Shown piece by piece: positions 24,354-38,000 of a DNA stretch of 64,000 bases (positions are counted from its first letter, which is position 1; each line of letters begins with the position of its first letter). Source of the DNA: Octopus sinensis. Lineage: Eukaryota. The stretch is from NCBI RefSeq assembly GCF_006345805.1, contig NC_043000.1:102858001-102922000 (forward strand), given 5' to 3'. The position numbers and the translations under genes are program-made. Under the pieces are notes generated by a model. It saw only the letters and a list, made by a program, of their open reading frames with translations, was not told the origin of the DNA and made no database searches.

Positions 24354-24574
24354 TGAGGGGGTGCTGAACAGTTCCTGCTTTAAGGATATCACGAAAGGTT
24401 TGTTTGGGGGCCCAGCCTTCTGAGTTGAGTTCTTTTACAGAGCTTAGAAAATCTGAAAGGCTGCTGCAATAAGAGTGTGAGTTTGAGAGGGGAATATGTT
24501 GAATAAAATCATAATTAGCTGATTCTCCTGTATTTTCTTTTACCCAAAGCCAGAAACTTTTCAGCAACCCCTCG
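24354..24574. mobile_element. Mariner-type MITE
   Basis: TA|TGAGGGGGTGCTGAACAGTTCCTGCTTT...AAAGCCAGAAACTTTTCAGCAACCCCTCG, with TIRs of about 28 bp. A solo copy of the same TIR lies at about 54303-54337. Confidence 0.8.
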
Positions 24575-24876
24575 TTTGCTTGACATTATTACAATCTATT
24601 AGCTCCATATGCTGGAGCATGGCTACATACAGCAGTACTGCCTTCAAGGACCATAGCTAATTATATTAAACTTAGTACTGTCATTTTTAATTTGTACTGG
24701 AAGAATTACAAAGCAATGTGGACTAAGAAAGAATTTTGTCTCATAATATGAAGAGGTATAGCAATATAAGCATATATATATATAATAAACAAATATACAC
24801 TTCTGGTCACTTCAGCAATGTATCTACATGTGTGCCGTTGGCGATTTGTTTTCTGTCTTCGGACTTTTCCCTTTCT

Positions 24877-24911
24877 CCTTTCTGATGAAGTGCTATGCTC
24901 AAAACAGCAAA
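24877..24911 (+). ncRNA. Decayed hammerhead motif, same family as 19348-19385
   Basis: CCUUU-CUGAUGA-A-GUGC(uau)GCUC-AAAAC. The CUGAUGA core is canonical, but GAAA has become AAAA (a CpG-type change) and stem III is lost. Confidence 0.55.
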
Positions 24912-25698
24912 CTCTCTCCTTTCATCAAGCATCAAATTAATACATTTATGCACGTCCTCATGCTGTCCATTTTTTTATTCATTTATTTGAACTGACTATA
25001 CACACACGCACATAATTATATAAATATCTGTCTTTCTTTCTTGGCCATTTTCTTATCGCCCCCTACATCACTCCACCATTTCAATTCATTCCCTCACACT
25101 TGCCTACAAAGCCAATGTTACTTCACTCTGTTTTGTCTCTTTTCCCTAACTCTCAGATAAAGTGGGTAAGGGCTCTCTTGAAATACTAGATTCTACACAA
25201 TCCCCAGAGTAACCGAAATTATCCATCTTTCTCTCACACTCTATTTCTCTCATTACCTTGGTATAAGTTTAAATAACTTTCAAATCATTTATGATTGCCA
25301 TATAAAAAAAAAAGACAATTTTACACACTGGAGTGAGTGATAGATATAAACTTCTACAGCAAAGTTGATAAAAATATTTCTAGCAAGCAATAGTAATATG
25401 ATTCCACACACACACACATACAGACAAAAGCTAATGCTGATGCAGACCAGCAATCAAATTTGGAAATTGGAGAAGGTAGTTTATAAAAATAGTGATATTT
25501 TGTTAACATCTTACAAGAATGTTTAGATAACAGCTATGAGAAGTCTCATCTCATCACTTTTTTTTTATATCCCCACCCCCAGTATTTGCGTACGTAACAG
25601 CATCACATGAAGTCACAGATTTGTGCATCTAGGCTGGTTGCAATTTCTGTTATTTTAGAGAAACAATATTCATTTCTCAATACATATATTCATATTTA

Positions 25699-25734
<36 letters not shown>

Positions 25735-26189
25735 TAAGAGAGCTAGCGATAAGTGGCTAACTCTAGTGCTAGAAATAGCTCCTTTTTCTGGTATAGCCAC
25801 CAAAGATTTTTTTCCACAGCAGAAACAGCATTACTTTCAACATAAGGGAAGCGAAATACAACAAAACACTTATGTATGTACATGTGCGTATGTGTGCTGA
25901 TATATATCTATATATATAAGATCATCTGAGCGAAAAATTGGTGCCATTGTACATTCCCAGTGTATATTTTGTCCCAGTGCTCTTGAACTAGTGAAACGAT
26001 CCTTTACTTGTAAAACAAGAAAGGTTTGGTGACTGAAAGAGTATCACACTGTAAAAATACTTCCTCAAATAAGTGCCCATCCAATCTAAGCTAGCAAGGA
26101 AACACAAACATAATATGAACAATATACATGTATGTATATACATAAAAATGATGGTGTTGTTTGTGTGTGTAGTGGGATGGAGTGAAATA

Positions 26190-26560
26190 AACATTGGAGA
26201 TGCTCTGCTCCATGTGGAAACTGCAAGAACAATTCAGAGGTTTTGTAAGATCTTCTAAATCCATAACAATCCGTTGCAATGTTGGAAACTCTACCATATC
26301 ATCAGCAAATATCTTAGGATCACAAGTACTTCACTCAGTAGACTGTACGTTTCCAGAGTGGGTCAGCAAGGGCTGAACTAGTTTTTGCATGCAGAAGGGT
26401 TCCTTCCACCTGTGGTTTTGTATCAACCACAGCCTCCTTGAGCTTGTTTCAGCTGCCAATCCCTGTCTCATTGGTGACTTCCTTTAGTTGCCTGGGTTAT
26501 AGGCCTATCTCCCATAGGAAACAGCACCCCAATACAGCTGGAAAGCCATGCCAGCTAACA
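26190..26560 (-). mobile_element. Possible decayed 5' (AP-endonuclease) region of a non-LTR retrotransposon
   Basis: GC-richer block with a frameshifted W-N-V-Q-S-like motif (tggaaacgtacagtct) followed by IFADDMVEFPTLQ, loosely like APE N-termini. Confidence 0.3.
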
Positions 26561-27399
26561 TATTTCTCAAACAACCTTTCTTAAGTCTAATCAGTCTCTT
26601 TTCCTGAATTGCTAGGCTCTGAGAAAGTAAACAAAGCAGATTTTGTTGTCAAGACACAAAGACACAGCCATACACATACAACAGGCCTCCACACAGTTTC
26701 CATTGTTAACCTAATTCATGCACAAGGTAATTGTCAGCTCTATAACAGAAGATGCTTCTCCAAGGTGTCATGCAGTGGAACTGAACCCAAAACCATATGG
26801 TAGTGAAGCAAGCTTCTTAACCACACAGCCATGCTTGTACCTATATTCTATACACATTGTAAACACATTAAATTCTCAGCCCCTAAGAAATTCTGTAACT
26901 TCTGCCAATTATTAATATATATATATATATATATATACTCATATTTTTAGTTCTATTTTCCTGTTTGCATCACCAAGCCTAGCAAACAGTTAAAATTTAA
27001 TGAAGTCTTTGAAATGTCATAAAACCATTTACTTCATCTTTCAGAAATCGAATGTATCTATCTACTAATGTACATTATCAACAGAATGGCATAGTAAACA
27101 AAATGGGGGAAGGCAATGAATTAGCTAAAAATATCAAAACTGGGCTATGGATTCATTTAGGAAATCTTACTGGATCTTCCATTAGTTCCAATAGTTAATT
27201 GGGTTTTTTTCTTTGTTTATCAAGTGAACTACCTATTCACTGAATTAGAGCATGTTTAGCTGAGTAATGTGACAGGTACTTGTAGCCTTAGTGTAACCTT
27301 CAGGCAGAATCAACAAGATACAGTCCATTTGATAGATTTCCCACACAGTTTCCATTGCAAGTCTTGGGTCAGCCTGAGGCTAAAGTAAAAGCACACATC

Positions 27400-27680
27400 A
27401 CTGCAGTGACAAGACTATCAGATGCTAGTCACAATGGGCTTCTAATACTTTCTTGGTTGTGGCCTTTTATCCTATCTCAGCCGAAATTATTTAACTGAAT
27501 TGTCTTCCATTCATCATGGAGGCCTACCAAATGGCTTTTTCTGAACTCCTGGATACCATTGAACAAGTCCACTTGCTTGCTGTCTGTGAACCTCACAACA
27601 TGTCCAGCCCATTAGAATTTGTGTTTTAGCTATTTTGCAATGATATTCTTAGCATGGATCTTTCTACGATCCTTTGCATG
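27400..27680 (-). mobile_element. RTE-clade LINE C-terminal fragment (pseudogenised)
   Basis: WAGHVVRFTDS, then a frameshift, then VQWYPGVQKKPFGRPP**MEDN. This matches the RTE C-terminal WAGHVxR...W.P...GRP..RW.D signature. Confidence 0.8.
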
Positions 27681-29023
27681 GAAAAGCACACAAGTATACA
27701 CACACACACATATTGGATAACACAGTCAGGAGTATACCATGCTTAAGAATGAGACAAAAATGGTCATAAGTTTGAATCCTTTTAATTGTAAAACTGCTGT
27801 CATCATCATCATCGTTGTCATCCTTTAATGTCCCATTTCCATGCTGGCATGGGTTGGACTGGTGGGAGAGAATTCATTTAACCCTTTTGTTACCAATACA
27901 CTAACTTTGGTTTTAATCAATTTTCTAATTGAAGTAACTTTACCATTATAAAGCTGGATTTGAAAGATAATTGAACATGAAATTTTAATGAAAGGTTTCA
28001 ACTTGGATCACTTTAAAACAAGAAGTTTGTATTATGGAAGCAGGGGTGATCTTGAGTGGGTTGGTTTCAAAAGAATTTTACAAAACAATGAAAGATGACC
28101 AAAGGTCTTTATTTTTTACCTATATGGTAATACAGCCCTCTGCCAGCTATCAAAAATGATTGTGTACCAAGGAGGAAACCTCTATATGGTCACTAGAACT
28201 GAATGAAACAACAGCCAAATCTTTCTCAAACCATGTCCTACCATTTTAGAGATGCAATTTGAAAAGATAAGCCAGTTGTGGCTGGAATACCTTTGGTCAT
28301 AGGTGTTTCTTTTTTATATATATCAACACTAAATCCCTCTAAAAAGTATAATTCCAGAGCTATGGCAGCAAGGTTTGAAACCATAGAAAATAAATTTGTG
28401 ATAACTGAGAAAGCCTCTTTATTCATCACCACCACAAATAATACATGATTATAAGTAAAGGCTTCAAAAAAGTAGAAGCCATGCAAAGAAAAATTTATGT
28501 TATAGGGCCTTACAAAAAAAAAAACAAAAAAGTTTTCAGATTATTTGTTCCAGTTGTGACTGGGAGGAGGCAAGTTCCTTTACTTCTTGAAAACAGAGTA
28601 ACTGACACCGCCTCAGAAATAGGGACACAAGAATTTTAGAAAGAGATACAAAATCTGAGAAATGGGGAAACTATGTGAACTATGAGGTGGGGAGGGAAGA
28701 TTGACCTATGAATCTAAAAGCTTATGTTGAGAATAAATCAAGAATTTATGTCAATGCAAAAATAAATAAATAAATAAATAAAATAAAGTATCAAAGTGTG
28801 GTGGAAAGGAAAACAGGAATGAATTAGTATCAAGATGGTGTTTTAAATAAAAAAAAAGTTCCTCTTCCATATTTATAACTTTTATGTCAATCAATGAACC
28901 AGTACCCCACATAGTACACACAAAATTTGCTGGAGTAAATGTTACATTTATGAACCAAGTAGTAACTGAATATATGTAGTTACTAACATTCAATAATGAC
29001 CAGTGAACTAGATTATTTAAGGA

Positions 29024-29054
<31 letters not shown>

Positions 29055-29084
29055 TCACTATTATTATTATTATCATCATCATGA

Positions 29085-29606
29085 TCAAGTAAGAGAGCAG
29101 TGCATGCCATCAAAGTGACACTGGGGTACAACTATTTGAAGCTCAATATACCCATCATGACTACCTGTCTGATAAGGGTACACCAGGCACATGCATCACA
29201 ACCATATGTGTGCAACATGGTGGCTTATATCTTGCAGGTGGGGCTCAGTTAGAATTTTCTTTAGGCCAAGTGCCCCATCCTGCTCAAAAGGTCCCTGAAT
29301 AAGGGTTGTTTAAGGATGATGAACGAAACACCCATGTTTCCAGGTGAATTATTCAAACCCCAAAGAATTCTTCTCAACATATGGCTATCATGCTCCCCCA
29401 CTACTTCTGTACATATCGTCAACCACTAAGGGACATGCTCAACTGGTTAAGGTGAAGCAACTGACAAAACAAATCTGTGGTATTGAGCAGAATATTTGCT
29501 GTAGCCCATCTTTTTATACCAAGGCAAAACATGTACATGATAACACTTCCAATCAGTTAAGATGAGAAACCATGAAAGCCACTGCCTGGTACTACATCAG
29601 GGCATT
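29085..29606 (-). mobile_element. About 520-bp non-coding interspersed element sitting between (ATC/ATT)n tracts
   Basis: A sharply bounded GC-richer block with trinucleotide repeats on both sides, no ORF, no TIR and no tRNA head. Orientation and class (possibly an R4/Dong-type derivative) are inferred. Confidence 0.5.
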
Positions 29607-29608
29607 CA

Positions 29609-29639
<31 letters not shown>

Positions 29640-31302
29640 GGCGACGAGCTGGCAGAATCGGCAGTGTGCCAGAACGAAATGCTTAGCAATATTTCACCCA
29701 TTGCCACATTCTGAGGTCAAATTCTGCTGAAGTCGATTTTACCTTTCTTCCTTTCGGGGTTGATGTAATTAACTCATCCCCTCCTCCCAAATTACTACCA
29801 GTGTGGCAAAATTTGAAACCATTATTATTATTATAAAGGTGTCGAGCTGGCAAAATCGTTAGCACACTGGATGAAATGCTTAGTGTTATTTCATCTGTTG
29901 CTACATTCTGAGTTCAAATTCCGCCAGGGTTGATTTAGCTTTTCATCCTTTTGGAACGATAAATTAAGTACCAGTTGCGTACTGAGGTTGATGTATTCGA
30001 CAAGTCTTCCCAACCACATTCACTTGACAAACTGATGTTGGTGTGTTTATGCCCCTGAAACTTGGTTTGGCAAAAGAGACCGATAGAATAAGCACTAGGC
30101 TTACAAAAAGTAAGTCCTGGCATCGATTTCTTTAACTAAAGGTGGTGCTCCAGCATGGCCGCAGCCAAATCACTGAAAAGAGTAAAAGTGTATAGGCAGG
30201 TGGCCTGAAATTGTGGGGGAGGGGATAAGTTGTTTACATTGACCTTTGTGCTCAACTGGTACTTATTTTATGGCTCCTGAAAGGATAAAAGGTATTTCAT
30301 CCAGCATGCTAACAATTTTGCCAGCTTGCCATCTTGTTATAATAGTAATAATAATACCAGAAATTTCCTTAAAGACAGGTGAGAATTGTTGTCAGGTAGC
30401 TTGACAGTTTGGTGTAGGAAAACATGAGCTAAAGTACTTCACATGGGAGTGGGGAGCCTAGCATTAGAAAGGGCATCTGACTGTAGAACCCTCAAGAAGT
30501 TCTATCCAATCCATTGAGAACTGAAAAAGTGAATGTAAAAAGATGATGATGATAATGATAAGATTTGAAAAAAGTTTTGTAACACAATTCTTTTTTTCTT
30601 ATTTCATTAAATATAAAACTCCTATTGCTTTGGTAATTCATCTTTGTAAGGCTTCTTCCTTTCATTGCCCTTATGACAAATTAAAACCTGGTTTATCATT
30701 ATAAAAAAAATCAATAATGTCAGTAATATTTACTTATGGCTGTGCAAAACAAAACTATAACAAACAAACAAACACCAGTAGTAAACATCTCAGGCTTTTG
30801 AAGCATTAGTAGATATCTTGTAGTAAATGACAAAGAAAATATATATGTTATTACCCCTTTTTTTTTAATACAGGTATGATAACAGATTTAAAGGTAGCAG
30901 ATAACAACAATGACAAAAGAATATATCTATAAGAAAGAAATCTAATCCATCCATTAAGAGCCACAGTGTCAACATCAGTTCATCTATTGTTGGAAATATA
31001 AAAGATGTATCCATTCTTTCTTCTTTCATTTAAGATCAAGTCACAGAGATTAGTTCTAAAACATGGAAAAATGTAGGCCACAAGAAAGGTAATCGGCTGT
31101 ATTACAAAAGAGAAAATAATATGCACGCACGTATGCACACACACACACACACAAACAAACACAAATAATAATGTGCTTCGAGCCTTGAAGAAAACAAGAA
31201 ATCACTCCAGACACTCTTAATCCAGAGTTATCACAAACATAATCATATCAGGTTTTGGAAGTAATTCAAATATTTTATTGTCTGAGCAATTTAATCTCTT
31301 AC

Positions 31303-31353
31303 CGACAGTCTCTGTCTCTCACTGCTTCACTTCACTTTGAGAGCAATCCAAAA
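31303..31353 (-). other. Candidate 51-nt non-coding or poison exon
   Basis: ttctccttgctAG|TTTTGG...CTGTCG|GTAAGA. The donor is strong, the body is purine-rich and TGA occurs in all three frames. Confidence 0.3.
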
Positions 31354-32655
31354 CTAGCAAGGAGAATTTATTTTTCTTATAAAGCTTAACACCATCTACT
31401 CTAAAAGTGCTACACTGTCCTACTCCAAATCCATTTAAAAATTAGGATTTCTAGGAAGATGAAGAAAAGTGTTTCTTTTTGTGTATTTTCTACCATACTA
31501 CTAATTCAAGATACGAGTACTATATATTTAAGCAGAAGGAAAAGATCACAGCCTAGTTTCTACACTGACACATAATAGAAATTGTGAGAAAATAAATTTC
31601 AGATATATATAAATATTGCAAAGTTATTGTACTTAGAAGCTTTTGTTACTACACAATGCAGAAGTTTCATGCAGCCATAAGTCATATAAATCTGATATAT
31701 ATACTCTAGTTTTTGTATTGAGTACCCCTCCTTCTCATTTGTGTAGTCAAATGCACATATGTGTGCATACAGGTGCAGCATGGCTGTGTGGAAATAGTTT
31801 GCTACCCAACCATATGGTTCTAGGTTCAGTCTCACAGCATGGACAAGTATTTTCTCCTAGTAAATGGTCAGTAAATACCACTGAGCATAGCACTTGGCTA
31901 AGACTTTATTCTTTTAATTCCAAAGCAATAAAATGCAAAGTTAACCTCGCTGGGATTTGAAATCAGAAGGTGAAGAGCCAGAACAATTACCAAAAGGCAT
32001 TTTGTCTGAACTGAAACTTTGAGCATTTATGTATCGTACACAATGTGACTATAGGGTTGAAAAACAAGTTGTATTAAGTATGATACACAGATGGCTATTT
32101 TAATCTATTACTGTCTCTATTGCATATAAGAGATATTTTTGAAGCTTTTCTACCAGTAAATAAAAAATTCTACTACAATGTAGTACTGGATTTCAGAATA
32201 AGAAGTTGTGCACCATCTAATATAGGATGAAAAGCAAACTCTTAGTATATATTATATATAAACAAATAAACATTAATTGAATAAAGAACTTAGCATATGA
32301 AATTGAGTTCAATAAAAAAAAAAAAAAAAACATCTTTTATTCAAAATTTGCAAAGTCACTGAGAAAATATATATAGGTATCCTCCATCTTGCTCACTCTT
32401 TGTAGGTGTGTGTATGTGTGTGTGTGCCTTTATATTTACATCAGTCTAAAAATTCAGGCTATATATGTCATGCTCTTGTAACTTAGTGGATAGACAAATA
32501 AGAATTGATAAAATAATAACCAGAGAGATAGAAGTACTGGGTTCTGATATGATCTGAATAAACTGCTTCACAGCAGTGCCTCAGTATGGCTGCAGTCCAA
32601 TAACCGGAACCAGTAAAAGAGCATACACGAACACATATACATTATACACACATAC

Positions 32656-32707
32656 CTGCACACATGCAAAATCCTAGAACTGGAACAAATTAGAATATAT
32701 TGTACAT
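32656..32707 (-). other. Candidate small exon (52 nt; alternative acceptors give 24 or 18 nt)
   Basis: A long T-tract ...ttttgtatattttAG followed by donor CAG|GTATGT. Confidence 0.25.
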
Positions 32708-32796
32708 CTAAAATATACAAAACAAAAAAAAAATGCCAAACAAAAAACAAAATAAAATGAATAAATATATAAATAAATAAATAAATATAAGCTCAC

Positions 32797-32840
32797 TCAG
32801 GCTGCCTTTGTGGCACTTTATGATTTGATGATTTGAACAA
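32797..32840 (-). other. Candidate 44-nt exon (LFKSSNHKVPQRQP or CSNHQIIKCHKGSL)
   Basis: Donor TGA|GTGAGC is followed by an 89-nt intron-like segment ending TTTTAG. The acceptor ttttcgAG is weak. Confidence 0.25.
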
Positions 32841-33082
32841 CTCGAAAATTTATTTTAAGGGAGACGATGAAAAATACAAGAAAATCTACCCAACAGGCAG
32901 CAACTAATAGTACCAGTAGTTATATAAACACTGGTATTCTGATATTGGAAAAACAAATCTAGCAGAAACACACAAAGATGAAAGTCAGCATGTATAAGAC
33001 AATTGGGTAAACAAGCAAATAGTATTTGTGTTTTTATAGCATTACTCACTAATATCAGTATCAGCATCATACATTCCACTCA

Positions 33083-33123
<41 letters not shown>

Positions 33124-34029
33124 ACATACATACATGCACACACAGAGTTTTCCTCCTCCTCTTGTGTGTAAATGCAAATAAACTGAATCTTATGAAGAAG
33201 ACCCCCTACTAAGTATTTTTACACTTCACAAAACTTGGAAGACTCTCTGGCTCTCTCTCTCACTGTCTCTGCCTGGCTGTCTGTCTCTTGCTCTCTAAGA
33301 GCTTGACCTAAATGCTAGTGGAGGTATGTTAATATATGGAGCAAATAACACAAGCACCAAGCTAGATGTCCTATGATACGATAGACTTCACAGTTAAAAC
33401 ATTAAGATAGAATGAAACAGCTTAAAACTTGTGCGCATGCATTATATATATATATATATATATATCAACCCCAGGTTATATGGACCTATCATAGGAGCAC
33501 GTTAAGTCTTTTACATTATTAGCATTCTAGAAAAAATAGACAAAGAGGGGAAAAAAAAATATGGCAGAGAAAAAATATGTTGATATAAAGTAATCCCTAT
33601 TAGAAATTCAGAAAATTGACTAGCACAATATATCTTTCCACTTATAGTGTCATGTCAACAGACTGTTTCATTATCTACATTAGTTTATACATAACTGAAA
33701 AATAAAATATATAAGTAAGAGTATATGTATGCTATGCTATTTACTAAATAATGTCATTTCAATTCATACAATATGACAGGTAATTCAAATCACAATACGG
33801 AAGCTACCAATACCAGTGAACAATATTTACAAGTAGAAATTATTTCATTAAATGCTATCACAACAGTTTCCTAGTGGTCAAGGACATGTCCTCCACATCA
33901 CAACTGCTATCGACAAGGAAAACTGAAATGCTAGTTTTAGCTAATTAGGTCCGGATCTTTTCTTGCAAAACAATATTAAAAAATAGTGTCCATGTATAAT
34001 ATTTTACATATAATAACTGATATTATTAC

Positions 34030-34270
34030 AATTACAAGTTCATTAACCCCTTGGGGGGTCGTTGGGGCACTGCAGCCATGCAGCGTATCTTGGACGAGAA
34101 AGCCTGGCAGAACCCATCTCCCTTCAGGCTAAACTCATTTCTACAGATGAGTGGACTGGAGCAACGTGAAATGAAGTGTTTTGCCCAAGAACACAATACA
34201 TTGCCTGATCTAGGAATCAAAACCACAATTTCATGATCGTGAGTCCAACATCCTAACCACAAAGCTTCAT
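34030..34270 (-). mobile_element. tRNA-derived SINE (another family, CORE-like centre)
   Basis: Minus strand reads GTGGTTAGGATGTTGGACTCACGATC...GGTTTTGATTCC...GTGTTCTTGGGCAAAACACTTCATTTCACGTTGCTCCAGTCCACTCA. A related head lies at about 23235-23360. Confidence 0.75.
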
Positions 34271-34659
34271 ATAACAAATGATACACCCCTGGATAAATAT
34301 TTAATTGAAATTATCAAAATGAATTATTGTGCTATAAAATAATTAACAGCCAAGCAATTAACCTGTTAGTTATCATGTTTTCAGGGACCATTAATTTTGG
34401 AAACAAATAAAGAATTTAAGTTATATAACTTTTGCATTATTAAGCTAGCACTTGCAATGTAAATTAAGATAAAATTTTGATGGAAAGTTTTAATTTGGAT
34501 CACTTTAAAACAGGAAGTTTGCATTATAGCACGAGGAAAAACCTCAGATGTATCAAGTGTTAACAGAGGAGCAATACCAACTGTTCTCAGTGCTACTCAG
34601 TTTAATGAGATATAAAAAAAATGGTTGCAGTATTTGTAGTTCTGCACTCTAATCACAGT

Positions 34660-35055
34660 TTGTAGTAAGAAGCTTGCTTCCCGACCACATGGTTCAGGGT
34701 TCGGTCCCACAGCATGGCACCTTGGATAAGTGTTTTCTGTTATAACCTTGGACCAACCAAAGCCTTAGTGAATGGATTTGGACAGAAACTGAAAGAAACC
34801 TGTTGTGTATATGTATGCATATGCGCATGTATGTGTGTATGTCTGTCCCCCCCCCACTACCACCACCACCACTTGATAATAAGTATTGGTGTGTTTACAT
34901 CCCTGAAACTTAGCAGTTCAGCAAAAGGGACTGGTAAAATAAGTACTAAGCTTAAAGAAATAAGTCCTAGGGTCAATTTACTTGACTTAAACCCTTCAAG
35001 GTGGTGCCCCAGCATGGCTGCAGTGAAATGACTGAAACAAGTAAAAGATAGAAGA
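34660..35055 (+). mobile_element. CORE-like SINE, near full length (about 390 bp, internal microsatellite)
   Basis: GGTTCGGTCCC B-box, CACCTTGGATAAGTG CORE-like block, and 3' end GGTGCCCCAGCATGGCTGCAGT...ACTGAAACAAGTAAAAGA. Other copies or fragments lie at about 3800-3935, 4520-4640, 26680-26840, 30010-30190, 31770-31860, 44235-44370, 47450-47780, 50625-50780, 51625-51785, 57290-57560, 60005-60135 and 61010-61150. Confidence 0.85.
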
Positions 35056-38000
35056 TAATAACTAACAATTTACGTCTTACCTAGGAGACTAAAGGCCTAA
35101 CGCTTAACAATATTCTTTTAGCTTGTACATATAAAGTGCACTGCAATGCACACAATTCTCCAATGCAAACTTATTTTTTTCTACGCTAGGCACGAGGCCC
35201 AAAATTTTTGGGGAGGGGGGGCAGTCAATTATATCGACTCTAGTGCACAACCGGTACTTAATTTATCAACCTTGAAAGAATGAAAGGCAAAGTTTACCTC
35301 AGCGGAATTTGAACTCAGAACATAAAGGCAGATGAAATGCTGGGCCAATGCAAACTTTGTATTACGAGTGTCTGAAAATGCTGGAATTCAACTTATAGAT
35401 TAATATACATTACATCTTTAGTTTCCTGAACTGTATAATTCACATCAGGTCAAGTTTTCTTATATCAAACATCAATGATTGAGAACAACTCAACAAGCTA
35501 AATAAACCTTTTCTGGTTAACTAAAGAAACCCAGTGAAACTTATGATTTCCACATATTTGTTGTCATTGTTGGAGTCACCCCATTCCCACCAGTATTATT
35601 AGTGTTTAGATGCAGCTGCAGAGTAGCCAATCCCAATGTCATTTCAAAGGAAACTAAATTCTGAAGCTCTGATCTCATATGCTTTCTAAAAGGACTTAGT
35701 CTCTCTTTTCACATTGACAATAATTTATCACAGAGCAACAACACTTCTTCTATTTTCACACACACACACATATATATAGTCAAAGACTTTCACTGAGTGT
35801 GGAACAAACATGTGCATCAAATTTATGCTCTCAGTATTTCCAAAAAGTGTAGCTGGTCCTTCACAATTAATAATATAGGCTGCTGGACCCACATACATCA
35901 AAGCCAACAGATGTCCATAAAACTACTGAAATGCTTCCCTCCTTGAGACAGCACTAACACATTTTAATACTTTTCTTCTTTTCTATTGAACTATTGTCTT
36001 CATACCCGTTAAGCAAGAAACATATCTCTCCTTGTTCCAGTCTTGCTTACAAGCAACTGTTCCAACAATACTGAGTTTTCTGAATGGGCAAAATCATTCT
36101 ACCTACACCAACATTCTAGAACAGATGTATAACATATTCATATACATATATCTTTTCCATCATTCCTTCCTTACAAAATGTAGATGATATTGTATCTAGA
36201 CCTCACCAGGGTTGCAGAAGCCCACAAGCTCAATCCCTTCCACAAGACATTGAGAAAAAAAAATGATACATACTAAACTATAAAAATGTAATTTATACAC
36301 AGTAATTAGTCATTTTGCAAATGAAGTAGCTAAAACATCGATAACAAGTGTAACAAGTTACCAACAAATAGTAGTGGGAATAGGTCAAAGAAAAGTTGGA
36401 ATAAAGCAGTTACACCAGGCCTTAAGAGAAAAGAAATAGAAAACTGGAAGCATATATTTCTCATACCATCATAATCATTTTTAAGTTTGCCTTTCCATGC
36501 TGGCATGGGCTGAACAGCATTTTATGAGACAGTGTTTTAAGACCAGATGCCCATCCTGATGCCAACCTTTTTTAGTCTAAAAGAGTTAGAATTTAACTGA
36601 AGCATCAAAAATAGCTTTCTGATATCCAATTACATTTTCAATTCTATTAGACGTTCCCCTTTTTTTTTTTTTTAAAGCTAGCAATGTACCTGCCAAAAAT
36701 GACTAAGGTTGTTCACTTCTATACTCTTACACTCTCATTTCCTCATTCAGATACATAGTTACTTCTCCCCAACCCCTGTCATATATATTTCTTTCTTTAT
36801 TTCTCTCAATCAAATTTTACTTCATATCTTCAATTTATTTCCAAATGTCTTCTTATATTTCAATACCATACACAAAACTTTCTATCCCTCATTATTTTAT
36901 CATACTACCTCTCTAATTTCACTTTTCACTATAGAGTTCTGTCTACCCTTTCCTGCTTATCCTCTCACATTATTACTTAAGAATGCTATCTCTTTCTGTC
37001 TCTCATTCTTTCTCCCATCCTTCTCTACATCTCACTCACCTGACTATTTCAATACTCAAATACTGCTGTCTATTACCCACCCCAGTCACTCTCTCTCTCT
37101 TGCTTGTCAATCTCTCATATGTCTATTTATCTAATATCCCTCTCCTTAAAATGCTTTCTCTCTTTTCCACCTCTTTCAGCACAACTGATTCTTTCTTCTC
37201 CAACATTTCTTTGGCGACAGAGAGAAACCAACAAAGGAAAAAATGGTGACATGTGACTTAGCCTTTTATTGTACAGATTCTCATTGAATATGCAATACAC
37301 CATCCTTATCACTCTCTGATAACAGGATGCAGTTACCTGCTTTTTCACAGAAAGAAATACTCTTTGTTGCCAAGGGAGAGACAACAAACAGCTCCCTGGA
37401 TTTCTTCCTTACTTTATAATATGGGTTACTAAATATCTTTTACTTCCATTGCACTTTAGAGAAAATAAAATTCTTTGGAGCACTTTGTGCATAATAAAGT
37501 TTAATATGCATTAAAAAATGTATTTATATATTTCAACCGATAAATAATTTAAACTACAGAAATGCTTATTTTCTTATAAGGTAAATGAAGTACAGCTACT
37601 TACAGAGAAAAGCTTTGTAAGGAACAATAAAAAAAGGTATACATATTGCTTAGTATGTTTGTGTATCTGTGTGCATGGGTATTTCTTTTGTTTTAAATTC
37701 ATTTCAGCATGCAAGCATTTGAACATTCAACTATGAACCAAACAATTTATATCTGATTTTTCACATTTTTTAAACTTTATTTTTGTGGTATTCCTGGTTT
37801 GCACTAATTACTGCCACCCATTCTTGTATAGTGTGAGCAGCCATGTATCTCTTCTTTAAAAAGAAACCCGTTTCAATCACTTCTGTCATACTACAACCTT
37901 TCACCAAATGGTATAAAGTGGCCTCTCTCACATTCTCCTGAAGCTCAACTCAGTTGAAGTGGGATTTTAGTCTTGCAAGCTACAAGGTGACCTCACTAGT

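Noticed and set aside
36709-37249. Hydrophobic 141-aa and 88-aa ORFs
   Set aside because: They come from a CT-rich low-complexity tract giving F/L/S-rich open frames.
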